Below are positions 62,021-64,000 of a stretch of DNA of 64,000 nt, in pieces (positions within the stretch are counted from its first letter, which is position 1; every line of letters starts with the position of its first letter). The notes under the pieces were generated by a model. That model was not told where the DNA came from. It did no database searches and saw nothing but the letters and a program-made list of their open reading frames with translations. The translations under genes and the position numbers were made by a program. Source of the stretch: Gonapodya sp. JEL0774 (taxonomy: Eukaryota); assembly GCA_027604505.1 (NCBI GenBank), contig JADIIX010000068.1, positions 1 to 64,000 of the forward strand. The letters are read 5' to 3'.

Positions 62021-64000
62021 TCACTCAGGATCCCCCGTCGCCAACCTCGCAAGCTCCATCGTCTTGGATTCTTTTGCTGTCATGTTCTCACCACTGTGTG
62101 CGAGGACAGCAACGCTCACACTCGTTGCCCTCGGTTTCTGAACACCCGGAGCAAGAGAGGAATTGCTCAAGTCTGTCCAGCTCGGGGCACGGTCCTTGAT
62201 CGGCAATCGAGGAACCTGCATGCTTCCCTGTCGAGCGCGGAAGGGTGCTGCACCTCCAGAGCTGCTTTCGGTCCGGCTCCGCTGCCGGCCCCCAAAAACA
62301 GAGGGGGGTTGCTCGCAATTCTCTGCAATCGATGGAGCTGTTCCGCAAGTAGCTCCACCTGCCGCGGCTGCTTTCATCTTATCAGACGCAGGGGCAAGGC
62401 TTGGCAGGCGTGAGAGTGGTACCCGGGATGCTTCATCAGGACTCACGCCAGCGCATGGAGTGTCCTGGGTCAAAGGTGTGGGCACAGCTGCAGCAAGAGG
62501 TCGCTTCTCCAAGACTTCAGGAGCGACGGTATCTCCTTCACCCTCTTCCCCGTCGCTTTGCCCGAGATCCAAAAGATTTATCCCTCCATTGTCCTCGCCG
62601 TCCCCATGCTCGTCAACGACATCCAAAACTCCAGGCATCGCTTTGCTGATAAGTGGATTCGTCATTGCTCGTTGCTTTATGGCCTTCACTGGAACTGCGG
62701 TGGATGAAGAACCTCCCATATTTGCGGATGTCTTCTCACTCTCACTCCCCATCGATGTCATAGCTTTTCGCAAAAATGATTGTTTTCTGCCTAGATTTGT
62801 TGGTCCATTGTCCCCTGTAATCACAGCTACCATTTTATCCACGACGGAATCTCTCCTTCGTTCGAGCGGTGGTTTTGGATTTTCCGAAGTTGATGCAGAC
62901 TTTGCAGAAGAGCTCTTTTCGGAGGCGAGCGACGACACAAGTTTCTCCACAAAAGAGGGTCTCCGTGCCGGGAGGGCGAGTGTCGTGAAGGTATCTGGTG
63001 GAGAGTCTGCTTCGGTCGCAGTGACGGAGATCAGTTTGCTGCCGACAGGAGACCCGGAGAGTGCACCCTTTGGTGTGGGATAAGGTAATAATTAATGTAC
63101 GTCAGAGCAGATGTATGACTATCAAAAGCGCGCACTCAGGAACTAACCTGCGCTGTCGTCGCCACGTTTGAAACATGTGTTGCTTCAGTTATTCCGTCAG
63201 GTTCAGCCGCGGCGGCTTGACTCAGAGGTGATCGCCTGCCCTCAAAGTGGGGAAGAGCAATATCACTTGGCGGTACAACGCCCTGTCAGAGGTAAACTTC
63301 TCAGAATTATCGATCAAGAGTTCACGATGTCTTTGATGTAAAACGAACCTCTTTGAAGCCTTTCCAGCTCTTCACAGCCTCCGCAAACTCTCTCTCATGT
63401 GCTCGGGCCAAATCCGGTTCTTCCTCGGCTTCCAGTTTTTCCAACTCCGTGTTCATATCCTTTAACCACTTGAGGTACGCAGGAGGGCAGTATTTAACAA
63501 TCCATGGGTGGTCCAGAGCCTTTAAAACGTGAAACGCGCTCTCAATGAACAAGCAGGATCCTCGCAAAAAGTCACCCTCATACCTGCTTCGCGGTTAATC
63601 TTTTCTCAGGCTCATACGCCATAAGTGCTCGAATCAAGTCCTTCGCAAGATCGGAGATATTATCCCAGGCAGGCGATGGGAAGTCGAAATTTCCCTTCTT
63701 GACCCTTTCATCAATATCAAGAGGAGACGCACTATAGAACGGGTTAAATCCACACAAAAGAGTGTATACTACGACAAAATAGATGAATATCACTTTGGGC
63801 GAGGTTGCGACTTGGCGGATTGCTCACTAATCTCGCCCGTCGTCCACATATCGAAGGGTGGGCCCAAGTAGGGGGTCTTCTTCACAACTGTCGTGGTTCA
63901 GATTAGCTGAGAGCGTACGTTAGGTCAGGTTTTAAACAACAATTCTTACCCTCTGGCGGCTGATAGTATTGTGTCCCTACGCGATAGGTTGTCAAAAGCT
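62021..64000 (-). CDS. CAMK-group Ser/Thr protein kinase, C-terminal part (5' end outside the window)
   Basis: Motifs VGTQYYQPPE, DMWTTGEI|IYTLLCGFNPF, FDFPSPAWDNISDLAKDLI and RLTAKQ|ALDHPW, followed by a long Ser-rich tail. Confidence 0.88.

Overview
Gene-dense, intron-rich eukaryotic DNA (short GT..AG introns, many with GTGAGT donors). Fungal-type genes (fused HIS7, NHA1/SOD2-type antiporter) occur together with the ciliary gene CEP104, so the source is most likely a zoosporic, early-diverging fungus (chytrid-like; inference). About 23 protein genes were reconstructed by manual splicing, and their boundaries are approximate. Housekeeping genes: HIS7, COQ7, DOHH/LIA1, PIS1, a TMEM184/OST-alpha protein, two tandem mercaptopyruvate sulfurtransferases, an NHA1-like antiporter, an alpha/beta hydrolase, a CAMK-like kinase and a PTP/DSP phosphatase. 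Genes uncommon in yeasts and moulds: a likely ZWILCH (RZZ kinetochore subunit), SCFD2/MIP3, CEP104, a WS/DGAT wax-ester synthase and a D-Ala-D-Ala-ligase-like ATP-grasp enzyme. Also present: four F-box genes, an orphan multi-TM receptor-like gene, a frameshifted Cys-rich/Pro-rich/TM/SH3 surface-receptor gene, several short tandem duplications, a palindromic modular repeat array at ~58.5 kb and one 10-N assembly gap. No rRNA, tRNA, CRISPR array or intact transposase was recognised. Family assignments rest on recalled motifs, not on database searches.
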